Source: a virus (Duplodnaviria; Caudoviricetes). Taken from it: a stretch of DNA of 34,497 nucleotides. A program made the translations under genes and the position numbers. The stretch covers positions 1-34,497 of IMG/VR virus record IMGVR_UViG_3300037634_002400; one strand, written 5' to 3'. A model generated the notes under the pieces. That model had not been told where the DNA came from and did no database searches. It saw nothing but the letters and a program-made list of their open reading frames with translations. This document shows, one piece after another, positions 10,180-18,906 of this stretch; position 1 is the first letter of the stretch; each line of letters opens with the position of its first letter.

Positions 10180-10659
10180 TTACTTGGTTTTGTTATTAAG
10201 CTTTTTAAAAAGTTTAACCCTATAATCTTTGCTTGAAACAATTTTAAAATCAGCACCCATTTGCTTTAGCACGTCCCACTGTTCGTCTACGTGCAAGTTG
10301 CTAAAGGCAGTGACCTCTGACTTTCTTTTAGATGGATGCCAGTCGGCGTCTTCGTACCCAATTTTCGACCAAGGTATTTCATCGCTATAGTTCCAGACGT
10401 AATGATGGACATCAGGAAAAGAATTTTCAAGCGTCTCCCAACTCGTGCCCGTTCTGACTCTAGCGTTTTCTAGTTTGCCTATGGCGATGTTGCACCAATT
10501 ACAAATAACCCCACGTACTTTATCTTTCCAGGGCCCCATGTGAGCATGGTCAAGGCAAGGCTTCTCACAGTCTTCTCCGCAAAATGCACATTTACCGTTT
10601 TGACCTTCAAGCATTTTTTCTCGATATGCTTTTATTTCTGACTGTTTTAGTTTTTTCAT
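10180..10659 (-). CDS. Recombination endonuclease VII-like (Holliday junction resolvase family)
   Basis: QNGKCAFC...LDHAH...VRGVICNWCNIAIG matches the EndoVII signature CxxC-DHxH-RGxLCxxCN. Confidence 0.88.
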   Translation of the reverse strand: MKKLKQSEIKAYREKMLEGQNGKCAFCGEDCEKPCLDHAHMGPWKDKVRGVICNWCNIAIGKLENARVRTGTSWETLENSFPDVHHYVWNYSDEIPWSKIGYEDADWHPSKRKSEVTAFSNLHVDEQWDVLKQMGADFKIVSSKDYRVKLFKKLNNKTK

Positions 10660-10859
10660 AACTGATTATCGTTCCCATAGGTTTCCCTAACATAACAACC
10701 CCTCTTGTCGTCAAGTATAGGGATGTCATGCTCTTCCATTCTTCTAGTGTCTGACCAATCTAGTGAAATTAAATTAACATCTCTTCTCCTAAGGTCTGAT
10801 TTGGTTAGCTTGTAGGCCAAGGAATCTGGAAGACTAATTTTTGCGGATACAACAATCAT
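10656..10859 (-). CDS. Hypothetical protein
   Basis: 67 aa; fills the operon gap with a 4-nt overlap to the next gene. Confidence 0.6.
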   Translation of the reverse strand: MIVVSAKISLPDSLAYKLTKSDLRRRDVNLISLDWSDTRRMEEHDIPILDDKRGCYVRETYGNDNQL

Positions 10860-10865
10860 AGATTA

Positions 10866-11606
10866 TTATAACCCGTTAATTGCGTCGTAGAAATTACTAC
10901 ATGCCACAAAGTTAGATAACCCCTTGAGCTGGGCTTCATGAGTCCACTCCTTGACATATAGCTCGGCAGTTGATGAATCAATCAATGCACTGTAAATCTT
11001 TGGCTGGTACCCCAGGTCGTGGTTTCTGCTGTAAATTGCAGAACAAGCTGAAAGTTGAGCTGCATCCTTGGGATAAGACTTGGATTTTAATTTTCCCTTC
11101 CCGTCCCTTGTTTTAAAATCCATAATTGCTGTCTTTCCGTCTGGAAGCTCTACAACTAAATCAATTGTTCCAGCAGTGTTTAGAGCACTGTCAGCAACTA
11201 CAAGTTCAGTGAACAATGTTTTAATGTTTTTGCCGTCTATGTATGACAGAAACGGAACAACATAATCAGCCCAATTGGGGTCAAAGTCGCTTCCGCTTAA
11301 TGCGTTCTCAAGGGCCCTGTGGCATTGCGTACCAAATTCAGAGGAAGACATTGATTCTCCGCTAGGGCTAATCCTTTCCCCCCACATAGCATCTTTGGCA
11401 TCACCAAGAGATATGCCTTTGTTTTTGCTGACTATTTCGTGCATCTTCATGATTTTCCATTCATCAAGAAACGAGGGCATTACCCCTAGCTTAGTCGTAA
11501 TCGAAGCTACGTGTTTGCCTGTGGCTTTCTTTGCTTTAGCGGGAGTAGAGACGACACTGCTTAACTCAACAGTGTCGTCTTCATTAACTTTGTAGAAATG
11601 ACTCAT
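10866..11606 (-). CDS. PD-(D/E)xK phage exonuclease
   Basis: SITTKLG, GTQCHRALE, AGTIDLVV...IMDFKT, QLSA motifs. Confidence 0.85.
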   Translation of the reverse strand: MSHFYKVNEDDTVELSSVVSTPAKAKKATGKHVASITTKLGVMPSFLDEWKIMKMHEIVSKNKGISLGDAKDAMWGERISPSGESMSSSEFGTQCHRALENALSGSDFDPNWADYVVPFLSYIDGKNIKTLFTELVVADSALNTAGTIDLVVELPDGKTAIMDFKTRDGKGKLKSKSYPKDAAQLSACSAIYSRNHDLGYQPKIYSALIDSSTAELYVKEWTHEAQLKGLSNFVACSNFYDAINGL

Positions 11607-11607
11607 T

Positions 11608-12327
11608 TTAGAAAGGCTTTCCGTTTATTTCTGAAATGTCAGTATCAATTGCGACCTCTATTTTTTGAGTGGCTGCTATTTCGTTATAGGTCCGAGGGCG
11701 ACTAGCCTTTCTATCCTCCTCGATCTCGCTAACGCGACCAATAAAGACCTCGATTTCCCTTTCCATGAAATCTTGCTGCTCGCTTTTGTCATACTTTACA
11801 CGACCCATGCTGCTCTTGCGTTGAATCTCTGGCATATCCTCAACGCCGTCTGGGGCACACCAACGCTTTTCCTCTTTGTTCCTATTGAAAACCCAAGAAA
11901 CCTGCTTGCCCTCTTGCAATATTTTGATTCCTGCAGGAACAACTGAAATGCCATCCCTGTTAGTGTAAGCACCCCTTGAATTCACAAACGCCTCCACCCT
12001 CAATGGCTTGTCTAGGTCAATGTTTCTAAAGGCCTGAACCAATTGAAAGGTATCAGTGTATAGCTTGTTCTTAAAAACCGCTACTCCTCCATCGGGTTGC
12101 TGTAGACCAATGTTAAAGTAAACATCGTCCCCGAAGTCGGAAACAAACGCACTTTCTATTAACCCCTCTATGCCACGTTGCACCCAACCCCAGGTTGAGC
12201 CCGATTTACCCTTAAAATTCCACTGACGCTCTATCGCCCCGTGTGATGCGGGATCTTTAAGATCCTTTGATACCCTTGCGAAGAGGATGCCATCCTGCTT
12301 CTTTTCATAATATTTTGTGTCTGTCAT
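11608..12327 (-). CDS. Putative ssDNA-binding protein
   Basis: Lies between exonuclease and primase-helicase; aromatic, beta-rich N-terminus; partly acidic tail ending in PF (DTDISEINGKPF), as in SSBs. Confidence 0.5.
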   Translation of the reverse strand: MTDTKYYEKKQDGILFARVSKDLKDPASHGAIERQWNFKGKSGSTWGWVQRGIEGLIESAFVSDFGDDVYFNIGLQQPDGGVAVFKNKLYTDTFQLVQAFRNIDLDKPLRVEAFVNSRGAYTNRDGISVVPAGIKILQEGKQVSWVFNRNKEEKRWCAPDGVEDMPEIQRKSSMGRVKYDKSEQQDFMEREIEVFIGRVSEIEEDRKASRPRTYNEIAATQKIEVAIDTDISEINGKPF

Positions 12328-12340
12328 TGTTTTATTTTGG

Positions 12341-14140
12341 TTAAAATCCCATTACTTCGGGATAAGTCATTGGTTCTACGCTAAACCTTCTAGTCCTCTT
12401 GTCAAACCAAATGTCACGATAAATAGTAATACCGTTGGCTCGTTGTTTGGGTACATAGAATTTCCCATCTGGAGCATCCTCCCATTTTTCAACTTCTTCT
12501 CCAGACTCTATTTTCTTTTCCTTCTCCTTGTTACGCCAAAGCATAACAGCTGCATGACAAGCCGCACCAATACCCTGTCCTCCCAAAATATCCTCTAGTT
12601 CTGGAACATGACCACTGCCGGCCTTTTTGGCGTCACAGTGGCAAATCATTAAGATTGTTACGTCATGATCGACGCAAAACTTAGCAGCTTGCTTTGCTAT
12701 CTTTTCTTGGCCACTGTAATCATCTTTGTTGGATATGTGCATTAACGCATCAACTACAAAAAAGTCGCAACCGTAACGCTTGTGAGCGTAAAGAAAGTCA
12801 TCTTTAAGTGAGTTCCACGTTGTAGTGCTTCCCTCTTGTCCCTCAATAAACCAAGTGTTGCCAACAAAAGCCTTCATCTGATGCCTGAATGTTTCCACAG
12901 TAGGCCTTCTGCCCGAGTTCATCCACATCATGTTAAACAACATGCTCTTTGCAGGAATCTCAAACGAAGCTATGCAAGCCTTTCTGTGATTATTCATAAT
13001 CTCGTTTAAGGTACTTTGATACACCCACTGGCTTTTACCGTGACCTGGGTAGCCCCCCACAACGGTCAACTCCCCTCTGCGATGACGGTACCTAAGCTCG
13101 GGCCAAAGAAATGGATTGCTCTCTTCTTCAGTCTCATGGCGATCAATCTCCATAGAGATGTCGAACTCCATGTCATCTACCGAACGAAGTTGTTTGGGGT
13201 CGTATGTCGATGCACTCTCAAATAATTCGTCAACGTCAACATTATGTTGAGCAACAAGCATTTCGTTAATGTCGTTAAACTGGGCTGGTATCTCAATTCT
13301 CTTGCATCGAGTTATACCCAATCTTTTGGCGACCTCTCTGCTTGCTTTTTCTCCAGCAGTGTCATTGTCAAATGCCAAGTAAATGTTCTCGAACCTTTCG
13401 AGGGCTTCAAAGTCATTCTCTATCCAACCCAAGTTAGAGCAACCGCTAGGAACAGACAAGCAGGGAACTGTTGCACCCAACTGGTAAAAAGACATAGCGT
13501 CAATCTCTCCCTCACAAATAGTAATGCTTTTTGTATTTGCGTCACAAATGTTCCAGTTCCAGAGCGTAGAGTAAGCGGCAGTAGACCAAATGTCCTTTTT
13601 GTCCTTGTCTGTTTTGTTTATGCCAGTGCTCTTGATCATAACCAAATCACCACTGGGATCATAAAATCTAGCAGCCCAAAAGTTTTCATTGTGTCTGCTA
13701 TTGCGCTTATGTGTGCGAACTTCGTATTTCATCAAGGTAGACTCTGAGAGGCCCCTGACGGAGTTTAGATACTTAAAGGTGTCAGTACCCCTAATTGCAC
13801 CCAAATCGTCTTGAGCGGGCTCCTGTGGCTTCTCAGACACCATTATGGGTTTAACGTCTACAATCCCACAAAGCTTTCGACACTCGTCGTGGGTCTCAGC
13901 CCAAGAGGAAAACTTGCGACTCATTAAGTTAAGAATGTTAGTACAATCTCCGGTTGCGTTATCCTTAACCAAATACACACCGCCAGAACCACGATACACT
14001 CCGGTTGAGCTTCCTGCTGAACCGTCTAGGTCTCCCATACTGTAGGAAGCTCCACGCTTTTTAGCCAAAGGAAAATAATTCCTCATAACAAGCTCTATAT
14101 TGGACGATAATTCTCTATTTAATTCTTCGGGAGTAGCCAT
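12341..14140 (-). CDS. Primase-helicase (TOPRIM + SF4 helicase, T7 gp4/Twinkle-like)
   Basis: TOPRIM ICEGEIDAMS and AFDNDTAG, FNDINEML; Walker A GGYPGHGKS; SFE; Walker B FFVVD; KQR arginine-finger region. Confidence 0.92.
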   Translation of the reverse strand: MATPEELNRELSSNIELVMRNYFPLAKKRGASYSMGDLDGSAGSSTGVYRGSGGVYLVKDNATGDCTNILNLMSRKFSSWAETHDECRKLCGIVDVKPIMVSEKPQEPAQDDLGAIRGTDTFKYLNSVRGLSESTLMKYEVRTHKRNSRHNENFWAARFYDPSGDLVMIKSTGINKTDKDKKDIWSTAAYSTLWNWNICDANTKSITICEGEIDAMSFYQLGATVPCLSVPSGCSNLGWIENDFEALERFENIYLAFDNDTAGEKASREVAKRLGITRCKRIEIPAQFNDINEMLVAQHNVDVDELFESASTYDPKQLRSVDDMEFDISMEIDRHETEEESNPFLWPELRYRHRRGELTVVGGYPGHGKSQWVYQSTLNEIMNNHRKACIASFEIPAKSMLFNMMWMNSGRRPTVETFRHQMKAFVGNTWFIEGQEGSTTTWNSLKDDFLYAHKRYGCDFFVVDALMHISNKDDYSGQEKIAKQAAKFCVDHDVTILMICHCDAKKAGSGHVPELEDILGGQGIGAACHAAVMLWRNKEKEKKIESGEEVEKWEDAPDGKFYVPKQRANGITIYRDIWFDKRTRRFSVEPMTYPEVMGF

Positions 14141-14178
14141 TGGTTTTATTTGGTTTTATTGTTAAGGGCAGAAAACGG

Positions 14179-14493
14179 TTACTTTATCAGCATTTCTGAT
14201 AACTTCCACCCATTTTTATTGAACTTATCGGCCTCAACATAAGAGTCAAACAAATAAACATGAGAACAGATATAAGAATCTAGATTCATCCTTCTTCCAC
14301 TTCGACCCTCCACAGTAAGAGAACAATCTGGAATCTTGTACCCGTGTTTATAATGAGTAGAACCCTTTTTAATAACCCTTCCAACAAGTCTTTCACTTCC
14401 TGATTCTGGAACAAAAGATGATATTTTGCCAATTATGTCACCCAATGGGTCGATGTCCCTGCCTTCTTTGGAATATTTTTCTTGGACATTCAT
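14179..14493 (-). CDS. Hypothetical protein
   Basis: 104 aa directly downstream of a consensus sigma70 promoter. Confidence 0.7.
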   Translation of the reverse strand: MNVQEKYSKEGRDIDPLGDIIGKISSFVPESGSERLVGRVIKKGSTHYKHGYKIPDCSLTVEGRSGRRMNLDSYICSHVYLFDSYVEADKFNKNGWKLSEMLIK

Positions 14494-14504
14494 ATTAATT
14501 TAAT

Positions 14505-14533
14505 ATTATACTCCCAACTAAAAACACTGTCAA
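14505..14533 (-). promoter_or_regulatory. Consensus sigma70-type promoter of the replication operon
   Basis: Minus strand TTGACA-17 nt-TATAAT, ending 11 nt before the ATG at 14493. Confidence 0.85.
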
Positions 14534-14628
14534 GACAATAATAAAAAGAATTGAAATTACCTCATGAATTAAGGCAATCCTCCTCTCTCTTTCAATATGT
14601 TTCATTCGTTCTCTCCGTGTTTTCATAC

Positions 14629-14928
14629 TTATTTTGACGCTATCCTCAATAAATCTCTATTTAATTGCTCCACGTTGTTAAACTTTTCAACACGTTCTTT
14701 TTTATCAACAAAGCTAATCACCTTGTTCATGTCCACTCCAATAAAGTTTGGGTCAACGGGCTCAATCTCTTTCTTTTTCCAGTCAGACTTCAAATAAACG
14801 GCACACTTACCATTAATTTTCTTTTTTCTAAAAAGATTTTTTACTGCATTTTCTCTGGTCTTGTGCCTTGATAGTATCACATGGTCGCTTGCAATGATCC
14901 AATCCCATTCTTGTTTTAGCTTCAGCAT
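14629..14928 (-). CDS. Hypothetical protein
   Basis: 99 aa Lys-rich ORF with a promoter-like sequence just upstream. Confidence 0.6.
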   Translation of the reverse strand: MLKLKQEWDWIIASDHVILSRHKTRENAVKNLFRKKKINGKCAVYLKSDWKKKEIEPVDPNFIGVDMNKVISFVDKKERVEKFNNVEQLNRDLLRIASK

Positions 14929-14934
14929 GTCCCC

Positions 14935-14962
14935 ATTCTAGAAATAAAAACAAAAAAGTCTA
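14935..14962 (-). promoter_or_regulatory. Possible promoter giving a leaderless mRNA
   Basis: Minus strand TAGACT-16 nt-TAGAAT, 6 nt before the ATG at 14928. Confidence 0.4.
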
Positions 14963-14981
14963 GTTTTTTTCTAAAAAACAA

Positions 14982-15896
14982 CTTCAGCATGTCCGCCGCG
15001 CGCTTTGCTTTGGCAAAAACTAGCAATGCCGCTCCGCTGGCTGGTGGATCGCCACCAAACCCGACTTCTCACTCATCGTAGTTGCGTTATCGACTACGCT
15101 CAAACAGACTACGACGAGGAGTAGCTAGACTGTGCCGCGCTGCTATTAAATGCCAAGGTGACAGGAACGAGCACAAGCTCGTAAGGGAGCTTCTAGTGCC
15201 TTCGTCTACGCTTCAATGCGTAAACGACGAGGGCACCCTCTGATGAGGGTGTATTTAGCGAGGCCGTCTCACGCTCCCGCTATGTTCGACTAAAAATGTT
15301 TGAGGTCGGGGACCGACCATCATTTTTACCTCCGTCACTCGCTGTTCACCCTAATCAATTTGTTTGATAGCTCGTCGGGGCAAAGCCCTAGAGCCAAATG
15401 GATGATGGCTCCAACGAGAAAATAATATCACAACCCGTCCAAAAAAAAGAAGCACAAGAGACCGTTAGTTTTAGATGCGCGAGCGCAACAAGAAATAGGA
15501 GTCTTCACAAACCTCACTCCCTAAACGAGTGAGGGGAGGTGATGTTTGATCGACTGGTCTTTGTACTTCTTTCAAGCAAATCTGATGATTTGTTTTTTTC
15601 CTCGCTGACCCTAAACTATCAAGACTTTTTTATTCTTATCTTGAGAGCACTAAAGTGCAGTCATATGAGCGAAAAAATAGCAAGTCTCGTTACCACTCGC
15701 TAGCCCCAAAACAAAATGCCTAGTTTGTGTCGATTCATTTGTAAAAAGTTGTAACCGCAGTCGATATAATTTGCACTTACAACTTTTTACAAATAATAGC
15801 CAAAACTACAACAACGAGGTGCCCCGTTGCATAAAGAAGGGCATTTTGCCACGGGGTCTTGATAGTCCAGGGAACCCTTGTGATTACTATTTTTTT
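14982..15896. other. About 0.9-kb highly structured non-coding region (large ncRNA or structured origin candidate)
   Basis: No credible ORF; many local hairpins and nested long-range helices (15446-15463/15556-15572; 15615-15625/15856-15866; 15712-15720/15840-15848; 15737-15754/15777-15794). Lies between divergent operons. Confidence 0.6.
15737..15794. repeat. Perfect 18-bp inverted repeat with 22-nt spacer
   Basis: ATTTGTAAAAAGTTGTAA ... TTACAACTTTTTACAAAT. Confidence 0.95.
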
Positions 15897-15935
15897 GAAA
15901 TATATGACGATTAAGTTGTATATAAGGATAATAAT

Positions 15936-16163
15936 ATGATAATAAAAACCAACATAAACAACTGCAAGATCACGGTCGAAGCAGACTACACTCCAGAGCA
16001 ATCTGGGGACCTCGAGACCGAGTGGATAGATGAGGATCTAGACATTCGATCTATAGACATAGCGGCAAACGGTGAGCAAATCGCCGACATGCTACAGGAA
16101 TACGCCCCGGATTTAGTTGATCTGATCTGGGTAAAATCAATAGAAACAATAACCAAAAAATAA
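15936..16163 (+). CDS. Hypothetical acidic protein
   Basis: 75 aa; its stop abuts the start of the amidoligase gene. Confidence 0.7.
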   Translation: MIIKTNINNCKITVEADYTPEQSGDLETEWIDEDLDIRSIDIAANGEQIADMLQEYAPDLVDLIWVKSIETITKK

Positions 16164-17681
16164 ATGACATACATAACTCCACCAAACATTGACGACCCAG
16201 TAAAGGTAGCAACCCCACTGGACTACAACCTGGTATTCTTCCAGGGTAGCAACGATCAAATCAAGATACACCCAGCAATCGGAGTTAATCTCCCGATACA
16301 CAACTTGTTACTCAGAGACTATGAGATGACAAGCCGCCAAGCTCGAGAGATAATATATGAAATATCTCAGGAAAAAGTGGAAAAACAACCAGCTCTTTTG
16401 GCCAGTGCTATCCAGCAATGGAAATGGATGATGGACCACACAAGACTGGGCAAAGTCATCAAGACATATAGAGACGAAGCCCTCCTAGAGAAGTGGGGAT
16501 GCGGATCCTTTGTATGGGATGAAGATACAACAGTAAAAGAAATAGAGGCTATATTGCAAGAGGCTCTGTTCGATCCACTCAAAAAATGGAGATGCCTGAA
16601 TTGGAGAGCAATATGCTCAAAGTATGAGGACATCGTTATCGCCCAAGCAGTCCACAGAGAAATCAGTGCCTATGGGTGGAGGGTCGCAAAACTGGAGGAT
16701 ACGAGGTATAATGATTATCGGGAAATCCACATGATCGAATCAGACTGCAAGTGGTGCGAAGAATTGGAGGAGTATGACCTAAAGGACAACCTGTGGTGGT
16801 CAGAGGAAAACGCCCAATGGATAAATACATCCAGGACCGAACGTTTTTGTTACTGCGAAGACGTAGAGCAGTGGTTGAATATCGATGAATGTTTCTACTG
16901 TGACTACACGGACACATGGAGAACCACACCAGCAGAGAGTAGGGTTCTATCATATCACAGTAGGACACCAGTCCCTATCAAAGAACCACAAGAAGCCCAA
17001 TGGACAATTGGATTCGAGGTGGAAAAGGAGTCAGTCTATAACGAAGAGGCTGGCCATACAGTTACAAACGAGGGCGACATAGTAGAAGAACAACCCTTCT
17101 TCTGGAAGTGGGAAACAGATTCGTCTTGCGGAATCGAAGGCGTGTCGAACGTTTACGACCTCTTCAACTCAAAGGAAATCAGACAGGACATAACACTGTC
17201 AGATTACATCGACGCCCCAGTCGACACAAGGAGAGCAGGAGGTCACGTCTCAATCAAATGCAATGAATACACACGCTCGTTTGGTCTAGCTGAGATAAGA
17301 CCATACGCAGGTCTCATATACGCTCTATGGCGTTATCGACTAAAGTCGGAGTATTGTTCCAAAAACAAGAAACTAGACGAAGCTGCCTACCAAGACAGGT
17401 ATGACGTCATACGTGTAAGAGGAGTAAACTTCTTAGAGTTCAGACTGCCGTCCAGAGTAAAAAGCAAAAAGCAATTGATCTGGAGATACAAGCTCTTTCA
17501 CTGTACAATCCGTGCAATGAAAGAGTCAAGGCCATTCGACGACTATCTTCGAAACGCGTCTTCGCTCCTTGACGAAGTATACGGGCTAGAAAAGAAGGAC
17601 AAGATTCTCACCCTAGCAAAGTCGTTTGAAAATTATCTAATCAACGGAGTTATAAACTCCGAAATCTCAGAATTCATCTAA
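16164..17681 (+). CDS. Putative amidoligase (COOH-NH2 ligase, glutamine synthetase/GCS-like fold) with Cys-rich N-terminal repeats
   Basis: IGFEVEKE, ETDSSCGIEGVS, AGGHVSI, RY...FLEFRL motifs; CKWC/CYC/CFYC repeats upstream; adjacent to a GATase gene. Confidence 0.8.
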   Translation: MTYITPPNIDDPVKVATPLDYNLVFFQGSNDQIKIHPAIGVNLPIHNLLLRDYEMTSRQAREIIYEISQEKVEKQPALLASAIQQWKWMMDHTRLGKVIKTYRDEALLEKWGCGSFVWDEDTTVKEIEAILQEALFDPLKKWRCLNWRAICSKYEDIVIAQAVHREISAYGWRVAKLEDTRYNDYREIHMIESDCKWCEELEEYDLKDNLWWSEENAQWINTSRTERFCYCEDVEQWLNIDECFYCDYTDTWRTTPAESRVLSYHSRTPVPIKEPQEAQWTIGFEVEKESVYNEEAGHTVTNEGDIVEEQPFFWKWETDSSCGIEGVSNVYDLFNSKEIRQDITLSDYIDAPVDTRRAGGHVSIKCNEYTRSFGLAEIRPYAGLIYALWRYRLKSEYCSKNKKLDEAAYQDRYDVIRVRGVNFLEFRLPSRVKSKKQLIWRYKLFHCTIRAMKESRPFDDYLRNASSLLDEVYGLEKKDKILTLAKSFENYLINGVINSEISEFI

Positions 17682-17685
17682 TACA

Positions 17686-18765
17686 ATGTGCATAATAATA
17701 CATAAAGAACGCGCAAAGACGCAAATACCAGAGCTAATCATCGACAACGCCGAGCAAATCAATCCAGATGGATTCGGTATTGTCTTCCTAGACGACGGTG
17801 AGCTAGTCAAAACCACGGACTACGACAAAGCACGCAAACTAATGGCAATGAAACGGCCATACCTAGCACACTACCGCTTCGCTACCGTAGGCAAGGTCAA
17901 CAAAGACAACTGTCACCCGTTCCCGATACCCAACTCGGACGACGTACTATTCTCCAATGGTACAGTTCCACTGGGATCAAAGGACAAGACGGACACGGAG
18001 TGCGTAGCAGAGCTCCTTGAGGGTGAATGCCCAGAGGTTGTAGAAAAGATACTGTCCATGACAGAAACTCGATTCGCAATCGTAAACAGAGGTGTTTCAC
18101 AAAAGCCATCAGTCAAACGCTACGGCACTTGGCACAAGAAAGAAGGCGTGTGGTACTCCAAGTCCAACTGCTTTGCAAAACAAACACCAATGGGCTACTT
18201 CTGGAATGGAACGGTAAAGTCATACACAAGCAAAAGCGTCGAAGATGATTATGACGAGTTCGAGTGGGACGCCTACTCAAGTCATTACACATACAAGAAA
18301 GCTGAACCATTCCCTGCATATGGATGGAACGGTAATCACAAGGTTGCAGTCTACGGCACACTCAAAGCCGGACACGGTAACCACCATCTACTTCAGAAAA
18401 GAAGCGCGTTTGGTTATTCCAAAGACGGCTCAGAGTTCATCGGGTCAGGCTTCACCAACCAAGAATACAAGATGGAAATCATGGGATGCCCAATAGTCTT
18501 CAAGGATAAAACCGTCAAAGGATCACAAATCGCGGTTGAGATCTACGAAGTAAACAGCCCAACAGCCAGAGAAGCAATAGATATACTGGAAGGACATCCA
18601 CACACATACAGAAGAGAAATCATAGACTGCGTAGACCTAGAAGGTAACGTACACTCTTGTTGGCTATACTTCGGAAATGACGTAGAACCGTCAGAGTATA
18701 TTCAACACTCACCAGAATACACAAAGAAATCATATAAAATGCAAGAATACAACCTACAGGGGTAA
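17686..18765 (+). CDS. Class II glutamine amidotransferase fused to a gamma-glutamylcyclotransferase (GGCT/AIG2-like) domain
   Basis: N-terminal nucleophile M-C, NPDGFG, HYRFATVG, NCHPF, SNG, TDTE; C-terminal VAVYGTLKAGHGNHHLL...EIYEV...DILEGHPHTYRR. Confidence 0.88.
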   Translation: MCIIIHKERAKTQIPELIIDNAEQINPDGFGIVFLDDGELVKTTDYDKARKLMAMKRPYLAHYRFATVGKVNKDNCHPFPIPNSDDVLFSNGTVPLGSKDKTDTECVAELLEGECPEVVEKILSMTETRFAIVNRGVSQKPSVKRYGTWHKKEGVWYSKSNCFAKQTPMGYFWNGTVKSYTSKSVEDDYDEFEWDAYSSHYTYKKAEPFPAYGWNGNHKVAVYGTLKAGHGNHHLLQKRSAFGYSKDGSEFIGSGFTNQEYKMEIMGCPIVFKDKTVKGSQIAVEIYEVNSPTAREAIDILEGHPHTYRREIIDCVDLEGNVHSCWLYFGNDVEPSEYIQHSPEYTKKSYKMQEYNLQG

Positions 18766-18860
18766 AGATCTGGCAGTTGATCGAAGAAGGTATCATCACC
18801 ATACTTCTAGCGTTATTAACGCTAGTTAGCCTAGCTTCGATCGTACTCTCAGGATAACAC

Positions 18861-18906
18861 AAGGTAGCCACATCCAGTCAAGCATTGGGTGTGGTTGCTT
18901 TTTTTT
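18861..18906 (+). terminator. Intrinsic terminator of the amidoligase operon
   Basis: GGTAGCCACATCCAG-loop-TTGGGTGTGGTTGCT followed by a T run; G.U pairs fit a + strand RNA. Confidence 0.8.

Noticed and set aside
10866-11606. Cas4
   Set aside because: Lacks the four-Cys Fe-S cluster arrangement and CRISPR context; an ordinary phage PD-(D/E)xK nuclease.
15240-15247. CTGATGAG as a hammerhead ribozyme core
   Set aside because: It sits in its own hairpin (CACCCTC-TGAT-GAGGGTG) and no stem II followed by GAAA is present.
15107-15880. Group I intron (GACTA at 15107 and GATAGTCC near 15861 resemble P7 strands)
   Set aside because: No convincing P/Q elements, no interrupted host gene, and the 3' element is already in an 11-bp helix with 15615-15625. 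A cmscan would settle it.
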